Of a DNA stretch of 41,557 nucleotides, positions 19,365 through 29,884 are shown piece by piece. The notes below the pieces were generated by a model. The model was not told the DNA's origin, did no database searches, and worked only from the letters and a program-made list of their open reading frames with translations. The position numbers and the translations under genes were made by a program. The stretch covers positions 1-41,557 of the forward strand of contig JBNKNM010000027.1 in the NCBI GenBank assembly GCA_050293845.1, written 5' to 3'. The stretch's first letter is position 1. Every line of letters starts with the position of its first letter. The DNA is from Pseudobacteriovorax sp. (GTDB lineage Bacteria; Bdellovibrionota_B; Oligoflexia; Oligoflexales; Oligoflexaceae).

Positions 19365-21020
19365 ATGAGATATATAGTCATTTTATCGCTATTAGTAGCA
19401 ATCCATACTAGTTGTAGCTCAGGAAGTGATTCCGAGGAAAGTTCAGCAAGCGAGCAGGGTGGCAGACTAGCCATAAATGGCTTAATAGATGCGGCTCCGG
19501 CAGAGGTTCAAGTTGCATCCCCAACAACCGCAACAGGAGATGAAGTGTCTCTCACAAGCGGTACCATCGCTGTGGGGTTAACGCAGGAAAATGACCAGCC
19601 CAGTAATAGCTTTCTAGGCAAATTGATTGCTTTTATAAACCAAGCTAATGGTAATAGCGATAGCTGTCTTCCCGATTTGGAAGTTACTTTACCGACACAG
19701 CCTGGCTGTTATAATCAAATTGTATTTAAAAATGAATCCAATGGCACAACTTCTAGTAATATTTTCTTTGACGATAGCATTTTACCCCGCAACATCGATA
19801 ATGTTAATGCAGTAGGGGTGCTTGATGATGGATCTGGTATCTTAAAAGAGTCCGAAGAAAGTGTACCCTGCTCTAAGGCTGTCACTGAATACTATCTAGA
19901 TCGCATCGCTTCGTCATTTGATAGAGCCCAGTCTGTTACTGCTAGCCTGTTATGTGTAGCAAAGCAGTCTGCAATAGAAACGCTACCTTCAGCGGGAGAG
20001 TCCTTAGACCTTGTTGAGGAAGCGGGTAATCTTTGGTCTGATATCGATGTTCATGTTGCCAAAATTGATGCCATCTCTTCTGATAGCGGCATCGTCTACA
20101 ACACAATTCTGAGTATAAGCTATGAAACTGAAGCGGGTGATAATCAAGATTTAGTAGTAGATATGCTGAATATTCCTGAGTCAGAGGGAAGCGAAAATTA
20201 CCGTGGCCGGTTGTTCATCTATGATAAGAGAAAATCGAATCCCGATACAGGTCCTATACCAACATATATTAGTTCGCAGTTCGAAAAAACATCTGAAAAT
20301 ATTACAATATTAACCAAAGATGTTGGATTAAACTTTGTCGAAGAGCCGCTTCAATTTCTCAATACCAAGGGTATGATCGATTTTGGGCTTTTTACCAGTG
20401 AAACCTTTTCGGTTCCAGAAAATCAGGCGGGAGGACCTAGTATTGGTTTATTAAATTTTAACACTACAGATGGTACAGGAACCGTATCCTTTCAATCGTC
20501 TCCTGCCTTAGGTGGAACAGAAGTTTCAAATTCTTTTATAGTAACAGTGGATCGTCAGGAAGATGATAGTCTGAAAGGATGTGCACTACAAGGTCATGGC
20601 CTGTCACCGGTTAATGAAAATGGCATGCAAAGGGAAGATGTAGCAGATCAAAATTTGTCAGCTTACCGTATTCAGGGTTTTTATTGTATGAAAGGTCAGC
20701 AAACCAATACTCTTTCCTTTGGCGAAGATTTATCATTAGATCAATTTCAAAATCAGTTTGCAGCAGTACAAAAGCAATGCTTCAGTTTAAAGGATTCCAC
20801 CTGGAGTATTTTAGATAGTAATATTACATATATGGTAGAATATAATGAATCGGGAGCCTGTGGTTCTACAGCTAACGATAACAGCAAATATAATTTAGTG
20901 GATCTTGATACAGCTCTAAAGTCAGTGAATTCATCAATCTTTGACAGTCCTCCCGATACCACAAATTTCACCATCGATAAAACTATCGATTATGGATTAG
21001 ACTTTGAGTATGTCCCGTAA
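19365..21020 (+). CDS. hypothetical large lipoprotein (Cys-paired, acidic)
   Basis: MRYIVILSLLVAIHTSC signal/lipobox, Ser/Glu-rich linker, GAGGG RBS; 551-aa ORF. Confidence 0.75.
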   Translation: MRYIVILSLLVAIHTSCSSGSDSEESSASEQGGRLAINGLIDAAPAEVQVASPTTATGDEVSLTSGTIAVGLTQENDQPSNSFLGKLIAFINQANGNSDSCLPDLEVTLPTQPGCYNQIVFKNESNGTTSSNIFFDDSILPRNIDNVNAVGVLDDGSGILKESEESVPCSKAVTEYYLDRIASSFDRAQSVTASLLCVAKQSAIETLPSAGESLDLVEEAGNLWSDIDVHVAKIDAISSDSGIVYNTILSISYETEAGDNQDLVVDMLNIPESEGSENYRGRLFIYDKRKSNPDTGPIPTYISSQFEKTSENITILTKDVGLNFVEEPLQFLNTKGMIDFGLFTSETFSVPENQAGGPSIGLLNFNTTDGTGTVSFQSSPALGGTEVSNSFIVTVDRQEDDSLKGCALQGHGLSPVNENGMQREDVADQNLSAYRIQGFYCMKGQQTNTLSFGEDLSLDQFQNQFAAVQKQCFSLKDSTWSILDSNITYMVEYNESGACGSTANDNSKYNLVDLDTALKSVNSSIFDSPPDTTNFTIDKTIDYGLDFEYVP

Positions 21021-21062
21021 ATATATTTAATAATCTTGCATCGAGAAATAGATGTGATTCAT

Positions 21063-22511
21063 TTAACTCAACAAATTTACTTTGTTTTCCAATTTTGGAA
21101 ACTTTAAGAAGAAGCAAGTGCCATTTTCATTACTTTCAAAACTGATTTCGCCATTAAGTTTAATGACAAACTTTCGAACCATATACAAACCAATTCCATG
21201 TCCATCGATCCCTTGATGAAATCTCTTAAACATCGAAAATACTTCGCTCTGTTTATCACTTGGAATTCCAATGCCATTATCTTTTATCTGAATATAAAAC
21301 CATTCTAAATCATCATATGTGGTGATTTGAACACAGCTATTAGAGTTATTAGAATTTGAAAATTTAATGGCATTACTGATCAGATTATCTAATACTTGTG
21401 AAAGTCTAGAACAATGTGTTTTAAGTGGTTTTCTGTGTAAATAGTGATTTATGAATTTTATATTTCCAGCTTCAAGTTGAGACTTATAATTTAATGAAAG
21501 TTGTTCATATATTTTTTCAAAATCGAATAATGTTTGATCTTCCTCGCCTAGATCAGCCTTGGTTAAAAATAAGATTGTATGTACTAATGATTGAAGATTT
21601 GAAGAAATTTGTCGAACCTTAGTAATATTAGACATTGCCTCATCATAGTCTCCTTCCTTCATGTCCTCCTCAGCGCATTTAAGGATGGATGAAATTGTAA
21701 CTAGCGGAGCCTTAAGGTCATGTGATGTTCTATAGGCAAACTCCTTGAGTTCTTCAGATTTTTCTTCAATTTCATTTTCGGCATTTCTTCTTTTCGTAAT
21801 ATCTACGATTGATGCTAATACATAAATTTCATCGTTATTTTCATGTAACGGCTGAAGACCTATCTCTACGGGAAATAGAGTTCCTTTTTTTTTCTTACCA
21901 AATAATTCTCTCCCAATACCCATCGACCTTGGTTCCGGTGATGTGATAAAGGTTTTGACAAATTTAGGATGATGCTTCTTGAAATCGTCAGGAACCAATA
22001 TCTCTATTTGCTGACCCAAAAGTTCTTTTCTGTCATATTCAAAAAGAATTTCGATTTGTCTATTAACTAACATTATTTTTCCCTTGGCATCAATCATCAA
22101 CATACCATTGGGAGCTGATTCAACGGCTGATCGAAATCTTTCTTCGGCGAAATACTGCTGTGTAAGGTCTATGATTGAGCTCATAACAAACAGACCATCA
22201 TCTGTTTCTATTGGTGTTAATCCGACTTCTACAGGAAACGATTTACCATCTTTCTTTAAACCGAATAATATTCTTCCTCTGCCCATCTTTCTTGGTAGGG
22301 GAACTTCGAAAAAATTTTTGACAAGTTCAGGGTGTTTTTCTTTAATTTCCTTTGGAACTAAAATACTAATGTCTTGTCCAATAAGTTCTTCATAATGATA
22401 TCCAAATAGTTTCAGAGCAAATGTATTTATAAACTTAATCTTGCTATCCACATTCACGAGTATTTTGGCAACGGGGCTTGACTCAAAAATCTTACGAAAA
22501 ATTTCACTCAT
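21063..22511 (-). CDS. cytoplasmic dual-PAS sensor histidine kinase
   Basis: Two near-duplicate PAS domains (ELIGQ.I.ILVP...HP...PR.MG.GR.LFG..K.G..FPVE.GL); FAYRTSHDLKAPL H-box; NLISNAIKF, DNGIGI, GHGIGL. Confidence 0.93.
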   Translation of the reverse strand: MSEIFRKIFESSPVAKILVNVDSKIKFINTFALKLFGYHYEELIGQDISILVPKEIKEKHPELVKNFFEVPLPRKMGRGRILFGLKKDGKSFPVEVGLTPIETDDGLFVMSSIIDLTQQYFAEERFRSAVESAPNGMLMIDAKGKIMLVNRQIEILFEYDRKELLGQQIEILVPDDFKKHHPKFVKTFITSPEPRSMGIGRELFGKKKKGTLFPVEIGLQPLHENNDEIYVLASIVDITKRRNAENEIEEKSEELKEFAYRTSHDLKAPLVTISSILKCAEEDMKEGDYDEAMSNITKVRQISSNLQSLVHTILFLTKADLGEEDQTLFDFEKIYEQLSLNYKSQLEAGNIKFINHYLHRKPLKTHCSRLSQVLDNLISNAIKFSNSNNSNSCVQITTYDDLEWFYIQIKDNGIGIPSDKQSEVFSMFKRFHQGIDGHGIGLYMVRKFVIKLNGEISFESNENGTCFFLKFPKLENKVNLLS

Positions 22512-22912
22512 ACTAATAACTTATCTATTTTATTAGCTAACTCATTTATATCAACATCCTTTACTAGATACTCATCAACAATACTATGTCGCTCAATTTC
22601 ATTTTTATCCCTATCACTCGTTGATGATGTTATAACTGCAATGGGTATTATTGTTTTAAACTGGGTGTGCTTTTCTCGTTCTTGCTTAAATTTTTCTAAG
22701 AATTCAAAACCGTTCATAACGGGCATATTAATATCGATAAATATCGCGTCAGGAAGTTCTTCTTCCATATGTTTGAGTAAATACTCTAAAGCTTCTCGAC
22801 CATTAAGAGCCGGTATAACATCCCCAAGGTGTGGAATTTTATTCCGTTGTTTCAACTTTTTTATTACATAATGATAATGTTCATCGTCATCTATAAACAT
22901 TGCACTTTTCAT
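22508..22912 (-). CDS. response regulator receiver protein, coupled to the PAS kinase
   Basis: MFIDDD, PDAIFIDINMPVMNGFEFL, VITSS, YLVK; ATGA overlap with the kinase; start MKSAMF at 22912 with GAGGTG RBS. Confidence 0.9.
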   Translation of the reverse strand: MKSAMFIDDDEHYHYVIKKLKQRNKIPHLGDVIPALNGREALEYLLKHMEEELPDAIFIDINMPVMNGFEFLEKFKQEREKHTQFKTIIPIAVITSSTSDRDKNEIERHSIVDEYLVKDVDINELANKIDKLLV

Positions 22913-23714
22913 AATTTCACCTCTTTTATTCTGTACACCTAGCAATGATTGCTTTATTGAGTACATATCTTTAAAACAGTTAGCCACAGACCACCTGCAC
23001 CCCTGGTACTTGATTTTATAAGCTGAAAACTCTTTCAACTAACGATACTACTAATATCTTATCTTTTTTGTTTAGTTGTTTTAAGACGTGAGTAATCTTT
23101 TCCCACCGATCATCAATAACATAAGTATCATCAGTTAAAGCTATCTTATCTTCATCTACAAAACTCTATAGTCTTTAAGATAGGTCTCAGTAATTTGCTT
23201 ACGATCTTTCATAGTCTTCCTAAAGCTGTCACCAACTATATCACTATCCTGAGATTGTGATGCTAGCATCGTGCTTATACCGTGTGGTAAATATCCTTTC
23301 AGCAAGGTGTATGGTTCGATACAATATAAGTATGTTTTGTCAAGGCATCTGATGCAAACCGATCTGAAAGGTGAAAGATAATGACAAAGAAATCGAAACA
23401 GCTTAAAGATTTATATGTAGTCATTGATCCAAATGGAAAATCTAAAACATGGAAATCAGAAGAGAGTAAGCAGCACTGCTGCAGTGGCTGAGCAAGGGCT
23501 AAATCAGTTCTACGATCCTATAAGAACTATGTATACCGGCACTTCTCCGCTATTTGATAAAGAGCCAACAACCATGCAAACCCGTGAGAACTATCTAGTC
23601 GCTAGGAGCTTAATCAATACTGCGATCCCATCAACACGAACTACATCGGTGGAACCCCTTTGATGACATTACCGGTAAGTCTAACACTAGAGGATTGTTA
23701 ATATTTTCAAGTTA

Positions 23715-24905
23715 TCACGTCGCTAAAAGCTCTGCTAATTTCTTCGGCGTCGGGAATTCTCTGAAAGAAAAAATTTTATCTCTCCCCCAATGGCTGGCCT
23801 CAATACATTCCTTCATTTCACCTTTTTTGATAATACTCTGACAAATACCCAGGCGGAGATTATCTACGGGATGCTTTTCTAGTTGGGCAAGGCGGCTCTT
23901 GAGTTGGCCATGGTGCCACCTATGAAAAATCTCTATGTAGATAGGCTGTGAGTTAGAAGCTGCTTGCAAAACAATATCAGGAAAGCAGTAGGACTGTCCC
24001 CCTAAGTCTAGAAAGCTGTCTGCTATTTTAGCCTTACCTGGTTGATATTTCTTATTAAAATTTTCAAGACACAATAAGAATTCTTCAGGAATGTAACCTC
24101 CTAGTTCTTTGTAATGGCTGATAAGTCCACTGCTGTGATCGAAAGTTAGGTCAAAATATTCCTGATTTATCTTAACTTCGCAATGAACCTTAAACTTTTT
24201 CATCTGAACAATATGAGGAATGAAATTAGCAAATCTTAAGCCATATGTTTGCGCCATATCAAAAATATTAAGCGGTCCCGTTAGATCAAAACTTAATCCT
24301 CCAGAATACTCTGCGATTTTATCGGGAAGCAGGCGATGAAATTTTAAGGTACGAAACAAAGCTCTTTTGGTAGGAAGGTTAATCTCATCAACAGCAATAG
24401 TGATCCGGGTGGCGCGCAGTACGAGGCCTTGAATCTGAGCGAGGTTGTAACGATGGATAAGCCAGGTACTGCTAACATGCGGTGGAGTTTTAATACGACG
24501 ATACTCCGCAAGATCTCCATAAAGATCTTTCTCAACCTTGTTGGGGTCCCTATCAAAACTCTGAGCTATAGATTCTTGGTATAGTTTGTAATCGCTAATC
24601 CCCGCATCCCTTAATTTTTGCGCCGTAGTAATAATCTGCCACCTTGTGGCTTCAATGACTTCGCTATTCTCTTCAAATTCTGTATGATCTGTAAGTATTT
24701 TCTCGAAACCAGCCTTAACCTTGTCGTGAGGCGCAGCGATTTCTAAAAGCGATTCTTTTAGCTCGTAAAAAGGTCTACCCCTATGGGATTGAAACGTGTT
24801 GATCAGATCCTGACCATGACTCAGCCATGATCTGTCAGTTTTAACTGCATGGGGAAAAATCTTCCCCCCTTTTTTGCTATTAATCAGAAGATCCTTGGTA
24901 AGCAC
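23715..24905 (-). CDS. DUF790-family (Bax1-like) predicted endonuclease
   Basis: VLTKDLL start, LYGDL, LIHRYNLAQIQGLV.RA, LFR.LKFHRL, LTGP..IF...YGLRFA.F.P, FPD....IYIEIF..W; overlaps the upstream helicase. Confidence 0.85.
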   Translation of the reverse strand: MLTKDLLINSKKGGKIFPHAVKTDRSWLSHGQDLINTFQSHRGRPFYELKESLLEIAAPHDKVKAGFEKILTDHTEFEENSEVIEATRWQIITTAQKLRDAGISDYKLYQESIAQSFDRDPNKVEKDLYGDLAEYRRIKTPPHVSSTWLIHRYNLAQIQGLVLRATRITIAVDEINLPTKRALFRTLKFHRLLPDKIAEYSGGLSFDLTGPLNIFDMAQTYGLRFANFIPHIVQMKKFKVHCEVKINQEYFDLTFDHSSGLISHYKELGGYIPEEFLLCLENFNKKYQPGKAKIADSFLDLGGQSYCFPDIVLQAASNSQPIYIEIFHRWHHGQLKSRLAQLEKHPVDNLRLGICQSIIKKGEMKECIEASHWGRDKIFSFREFPTPKKLAELLAT

Positions 24906-26247
24906 TGTGCTCCCTTCTGCGTTTATTGACAAAGTACTCTGCTGTTCCCTTTGAAACTAGCTCGTAGAGCACAGCCTTTTTTCCTTCTTTGGCCCTGAGT
25001 ATCCGTCCTAGCCTTTGGACATGCTCCCTGACAGCCCCGCTTCCAGAAACGACAATACCCACGCTGGCATCGGGCACATCGACCCCCTCGTTTAAAACTT
25101 TGGAAGTGACCAAAACCTTGATATCACCCTCCTTAAACTGGCTCAGCATTTTTTTCCGTTCTTTAACTTTGGTTTGGTGGGTTAAAACAGCCAGAAAGAA
25201 CTTGCGACCGATTTCATATGCTAGGGCATTATCATTAGTAAAAACAATGATTCGATCTTGGCGATGATGCATTAAGATGTTCCACAACTCGACTAGCTTT
25301 GCGCGAGACGCTTGAGCCAGCCTTTTCTGCTCTCTATAAGCCTTGAATGCATCTTTCCCTTTCGGAGATCGTGACGATTTAAAAAGAAAATTCTGCCAAC
25401 CCCGAGGGGATGACATATCGATTCTGTTGGATCTTAGAAACGAAATATAAACTTGCCTTGCTACCTTATAGAGCTCTTCTTCTTCCTCGTTCATGGGCAC
25501 TTCAATGGTGACTACATTATAAGGGGAAAGTCCATTACCAATCATTTTCTGGATCTGACCCTCGTAGACTAAAGGGCCAATCAATTCATAGATTAATTCT
25601 TCTTTACCGTCCGAGCGCTCTAAGGTAGCGGAAAGGCCGAGTCTATATGGAGCAAGAGAACAAATCGCGATATTCTGATATAAAGGGCCAGGCAAGTGAT
25701 GGCATTCGTCAAACACTAAGAATCCAAATCGATTTCCTATGTGCTCCACATGCATCTGACCAGAGTCATAAGTCGCAACAGTGATCGGCCTGATTTCATG
25801 GGAACCACCTCCAAGTAATCCGATTTCAGTTGCAAAGAACTTGCTAAGGACAGCTTCCCATTGCTGCATCAAATCGATCGTCGGTACTAAAATAAGTGTA
25901 CTGCGTTTTACGGTAGCTATGGCCATAACTGCAAGGAGCGTTTTTCCAGCTCCGGTTGGAAGACAAACAGTAGCTCTTTTCCCGCTTTCAACCCAAGCAT
26001 CAAGGGCCCCTTTTTGATGGGGTCTAGGAGTAATGGCTGCCTTTAACTTAAGATCTAATTTTTCATAGGAACGCGCATTATCGGTATACTCTATCGTATT
26101 TTCGTATAGCTCCTCTACTAATTGACGATAGTCAATGGCGCGGCAGCGGTATTGTTTCGTTCTTGCATCCCACTTAACTATCTCATGTTCCTCAAAAGCG
26201 GCTCTATCAAGAGTTAATGTTCCGTGGTCAAAATCAACTGTGATCAT
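24880..26247 (-). CDS. XPB/Rad25 (SSL2)-like SF2 DNA helicase
   Basis: FDHGTL, WD.R...YR..A..Y, PRPHQ..AL, LPTGAGKT, FDECHHL, LGLSAT.ER.DG, VLNEGVDVPDA, QRLGRILR. Confidence 0.9.
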   Translation of the reverse strand: MITVDFDHGTLTLDRAAFEEHEIVKWDARTKQYRCRAIDYRQLVEELYENTIEYTDNARSYEKLDLKLKAAITPRPHQKGALDAWVESGKRATVCLPTGAGKTLLAVMAIATVKRSTLILVPTIDLMQQWEAVLSKFFATEIGLLGGGSHEIRPITVATYDSGQMHVEHIGNRFGFLVFDECHHLPGPLYQNIAICSLAPYRLGLSATLERSDGKEELIYELIGPLVYEGQIQKMIGNGLSPYNVVTIEVPMNEEEEELYKVARQVYISFLRSNRIDMSSPRGWQNFLFKSSRSPKGKDAFKAYREQKRLAQASRAKLVELWNILMHHRQDRIIVFTNDNALAYEIGRKFFLAVLTHQTKVKERKKMLSQFKEGDIKVLVTSKVLNEGVDVPDASVGIVVSGSGAVREHVQRLGRILRAKEGKKAVLYELVSKGTAEYFVNKRRREHSAYQGSSD

Positions 26248-26599
26248 ATTAGGCCCTTAGTTTGCAAACTAACATAATCCTCTAGCATATTCTGAAGCAT
26301 GTCGAAAGTGTTTATCAGCCTGCTTCATAAGAAGTCATAATGACTCGAGATCTTTACCTCTTTTCCATTAGAAATGGAACAGAAATAGAATCTTTTCAAT
26401 AAAATTGATTCAGGCATCCTACCGGCGTATTCCCTAGAGCGAATACTAGCTTGTCCCCCTTGAACGTAGAAATGGTTAGTGAGTTCAGATCAAGGGTCTA
26501 TTGTATTGCCTGCCAATCAAAGAAAATCGAATACTTGATGTTGATTCTTAGCTTCCAGATAATGCCATAGCACGACGTTGACACTGTCACCATCAGCTA

Positions 26600-26965
26600 T
26601 ATCACATCGGTATTGAGATCTCAGTACTGCGTCCATAAGTAATTTAATAAGTACCGTTGCTACCCGATCAACAAATATCTATGGAGATAAATAAGTAATA
26701 AAAATCCTGACAATAGATGATGTTGGCTGCTTCAATACCACCGCTTCAACTAGCGAGGGAGCGAAAAATACCCATTGGTTTCATGGTAACCGGGTTTAGC
26801 CGCACAAGTTTTATACCTGAATTCCATGAACCAAATGTTAACCATGGTTGACCATCCTTATCAGTGGCAAAATCGAGATCAATCGCATTGTAGTTATGAC
26901 TATTAGTTGTGTTAATGATAAGTTTATGTTCTGTCCAATGATTTGATGCGAGAAGTGTTAAACAA
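26600..26965 (-). pseudogene. degraded GH43 endo-arabinanase (AbnA-like) fragment
   Basis: NYNAIDL....DGQPWLTFGSWNSGIKLVRLNPVTMKP..RSLAS*SGGIEAANIIY..FYYLFISIDIC*SGSNGTY*ITYGRS, one frame with several in-frame stops. Confidence 0.8.
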
Positions 26966-27186
26966 GGAATATAGCAAGAAATTAGATAATAAATACCGGA
27001 CATGAAGCTCAACTTCACTATACGGTAAGTTGTAGTTTTAATGACTTATTTTACTCTTTTTATGTTAATCATCAGAAATTTCTACCATAGCAATAGAGCC
27101 TGTTTCACCTTGAGATCATCAATTTGTGCTAAAGATAAATTTTATTTTATCGAGAGTATAATAGATCAGACAACTTACTGGAGAGA

Positions 27187-29163
27187 GTGTTCATGAACTC
27201 AATAGAAAGTAACGACGATAGACCTGAGTTTTTAGAGGGAGTCTACAAAGCAATTAATAAGGCGTACGCTATTATTGAATTCGATATTGAAGGTAAAATA
27301 CTGGACGCAAATGATATATTTCTTTCTATAACAGGCTATTCTCTTGATGAAATAAAAGGAAAGCATCATAAAATATTTGTTCCCAGCGAGAATGTACAAT
27401 CTCCAGAATATGAGAACTTTTGGAATAAATTAAATCAAGGTGAACTCAACCATGGCGAATATAAACATTTACGTAAAGATGGGCAAAAGGTGTGGATGTA
27501 TGCTTCCTATAGTCCTGTATTCGGTCGGGATGGCAAGATAATAAAAGTGGTTATGTTAGCCAAAGATATTACGGAAACAAAACAAAAACTCCTTGATTAC
27601 CAAGGGAAAAATATCGCGAGTGATCAGGTTCAGGGTATCATCGAATTTTCGATGGATGGCACAATAATCACAGCAAATAATATTTTTCTTGACATCTTGG
27701 GCTATCAACTCAGCGAGCTACAAGGGAAACATCATAGGATTTTTGCAACTCCAGAATATTATAATTCTCATGATTATAAGCTTTTTTGGGAAAAACTAAA
27801 CAGAGGTGAGTTCGATAAAGGTCAATATAAAAGAATAGGTAAGGATGGTAAGGAGGTATGGATTCAAGCTTCCTACAACCCTATTTTAGACGAAAATGGT
27901 AAGCCTTTCAAAGTCGTCAAATTTGCTATAGATATTACTGAGCAAAAACGAAAAAATACGGAAATGGAAGCTGTATTAGCTGCTATTAACAAATCTCAAG
28001 CCATGATTGAATTTAATACAGATGGAACTGTTTTGGATGCTAATGATAATTTTCTCCATGCGATAGGATATACTCTTGAAGAAATAAAAGGACAGCACCA
28101 TCGAATGCTTTGTGAAGCGGAATACACCACAAGCGCAGGTTATCTTGATTTTTGGAGGAAGCTAAACAGAGGTGAATTTGATGCCGGAGAATATAAAAGA
28201 GTTGGTAAAAACTCTAAAGAATTATGGATTCGAGCCACTTATAATCCAATATTGGATTTAAATGGAAAAGTTTGTAAGGTTATAAAGTTTGCTACTGATT
28301 TAACTAAGGAGAAGCAGCAATATAACAATTTAGTCGAAAAATTTGAAAGTGCTAGTAATGAGCTTGGGGCAGCGTCTGAAGAATTAGCTGCGACTGCTCA
28401 ACAAATGTCGAGTAATTCCCAGTCAGCCCAAGAGGAAGCTAACTCAGCTGCAAAACTTTCCAATCAAGTTTCAGAAAATGTTCGAGGAATAGCTACAAAT
28501 ACCGAAGAAATGGCTGCTACTGTAAAAGATATTTCTCTAAAAGCATCTGAAACATCAAAAATATCTGGAGAGGCAAGTAAAGCTGCAGATAACTCAACTG
28601 ACCTGATAAATGAGTTAGGAAAGGCATCAGAGGAAATTGGTGGTGTCATTAAACTCATCAGTTCCATTGCACAGCAAACGAATCTTTTGGCCCTTAATGC
28701 TACGATAGAGGCGGCACGTGCAGGCGAATCAGGAAAAGGCTTTTCAGTAGTAGCAAACGAAGTTAAGGAATTGGCAAATCAAACAGCCAGTGCAACTGAT
28801 CAGATTACGCAAAGAATAAATAGAATAAAAGAAGTTTCCAAGATTTCCGTCCAATCTATTAAAGAAATATCAGAAATTATTTCAAAAGTTAATGAAAATG
28901 CGTCTTTAACAGCGACTGCGACAGAAGAACAAGCTGCAACAACCAATGAAGTATCAATGATGATAGATGGTGCCAGAAAGGGTGTAGAAGAAATTGTAAA
29001 TGTCATTGAAACTACCGCAAAGCTTTCTAATAATACAACTCTTGGTGCCAGTAATACCGAATCAGCTGCCAATAATCTTGCTAAAATGGGCCACATGCTG
29101 AAACAGTTAATCATTGACGTAAAAAACCCAAACCAAGAAAGTACTCATAAATATGCAGCGTGA
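27187..29163 (+). CDS. soluble methyl-accepting chemotaxis protein with three PAS domains (BdlA-like)
   Basis: Three repeats A.IEF..DG.I..AN..FL...GY.L.EI.GKHH.IF....FW.KLN.GE...[48 protein letters not shown]; no TM segment. Confidence 0.93.
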   Translation: MFMNSIESNDDRPEFLEGVYKAINKAYAIIEFDIEGKILDANDIFLSITGYSLDEIKGKHHKIFVPSENVQSPEYENFWNKLNQGELNHGEYKHLRKDGQKVWMYASYSPVFGRDGKIIKVVMLAKDITETKQKLLDYQGKNIASDQVQGIIEFSMDGTIITANNIFLDILGYQLSELQGKHHRIFATPEYYNSHDYKLFWEKLNRGEFDKGQYKRIGKDGKEVWIQASYNPILDENGKPFKVVKFAIDITEQKRKNTEMEAVLAAINKSQAMIEFNTDGTVLDANDNFLHAIGYTLEEIKGQHHRMLCEAEYTTSAGYLDFWRKLNRGEFDAGEYKRVGKNSKELWIRATYNPILDLNGKVCKVIKFATDLTKEKQQYNNLVEKFESASNELGAASEELAATAQQMSSNSQSAQEEANSAAKLSNQVSENVRGIATNTEEMAATVKDISLKASETSKISGEASKAADNSTDLINELGKASEEIGGVIKLISSIAQQTNLLALNATIEAARAGESGKGFSVVANEVKELANQTASATDQITQRINRIKEVSKISVQSIKEISEIISKVNENASLTATATEEQAATTNEVSMMIDGARKGVEEIVNVIETTAKLSNNTTLGASNTESAANNLAKMGHMLKQLIIDVKNPNQESTHKYAA

Positions 29164-29884
29164 TCATGACTGAATAACTTGGATATGGTTGTATAAGACA
29201 TATCTATGGGTAAAATGGTGGTAGTAGGCCATATTACGATATGCATAGCTATTATATTTATGCACCTAACTATGGCATTTCTATTAGTAGATGATTGGCT
29301 TTATCTTGCTTATAAGAAAAAATATTCGGTTTTACATTTTGGAATATGTTCTCTACTCCAATAGAATTGTGGCCACCTTATTTGCCCATCTACTTGTTCA
29401 CCAATGTATGCAACATAGTATGCCTTGCGCATACTTGGATTAAAAGCGTTACTCCCATGCCTAAAAGATATCAGTGTTTTCTACTGCCACTTCAACCTTC
29501 TCACCTGCAAGAGTTAAGAGTAGATCATATGAAGAGGGTGTATAATTTGTTAATTTTTTACCTGAAGAATCTTCTAGTCGACATCCCATAGCACTTTCGA
29601 AATTCTCATCGCCTTCCATCGTACCTATCTGTCATGGGTATTCAGACGTCTTCACTTAACTGTTGAGCCTGCTATGATAGGACGCAAATTTCGTATGTTA
29701 TAGAATTTGTAATCATCTAGGGCAGGTTATTAATTGCCAAACTCTTTATCATCCAGTGTTTTAGATGAATCTCGAAACCAAGGGGGTTCGGTGATGAGCA
29801 AATGCAGTACTTCATTATGAAGTATTGTGCCCGCCAAGACTTGGTGGATATTGGTCTCTTGTTTTTTGTGGGAAGGTTTAAAAC

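Noticed and set aside
27240..28320. Internal DNA repeats in the MCP (and in the PAS kinase at 21800-22500)
   Set aside because: Fully explained by tandem PAS domain duplication; not a DGR template/variable repeat pair, and no reverse transcriptase is present
29346..29591. 81-aa plus-strand ORF
   Set aside because: Atypical composition; the opposite strand looks more protein-like
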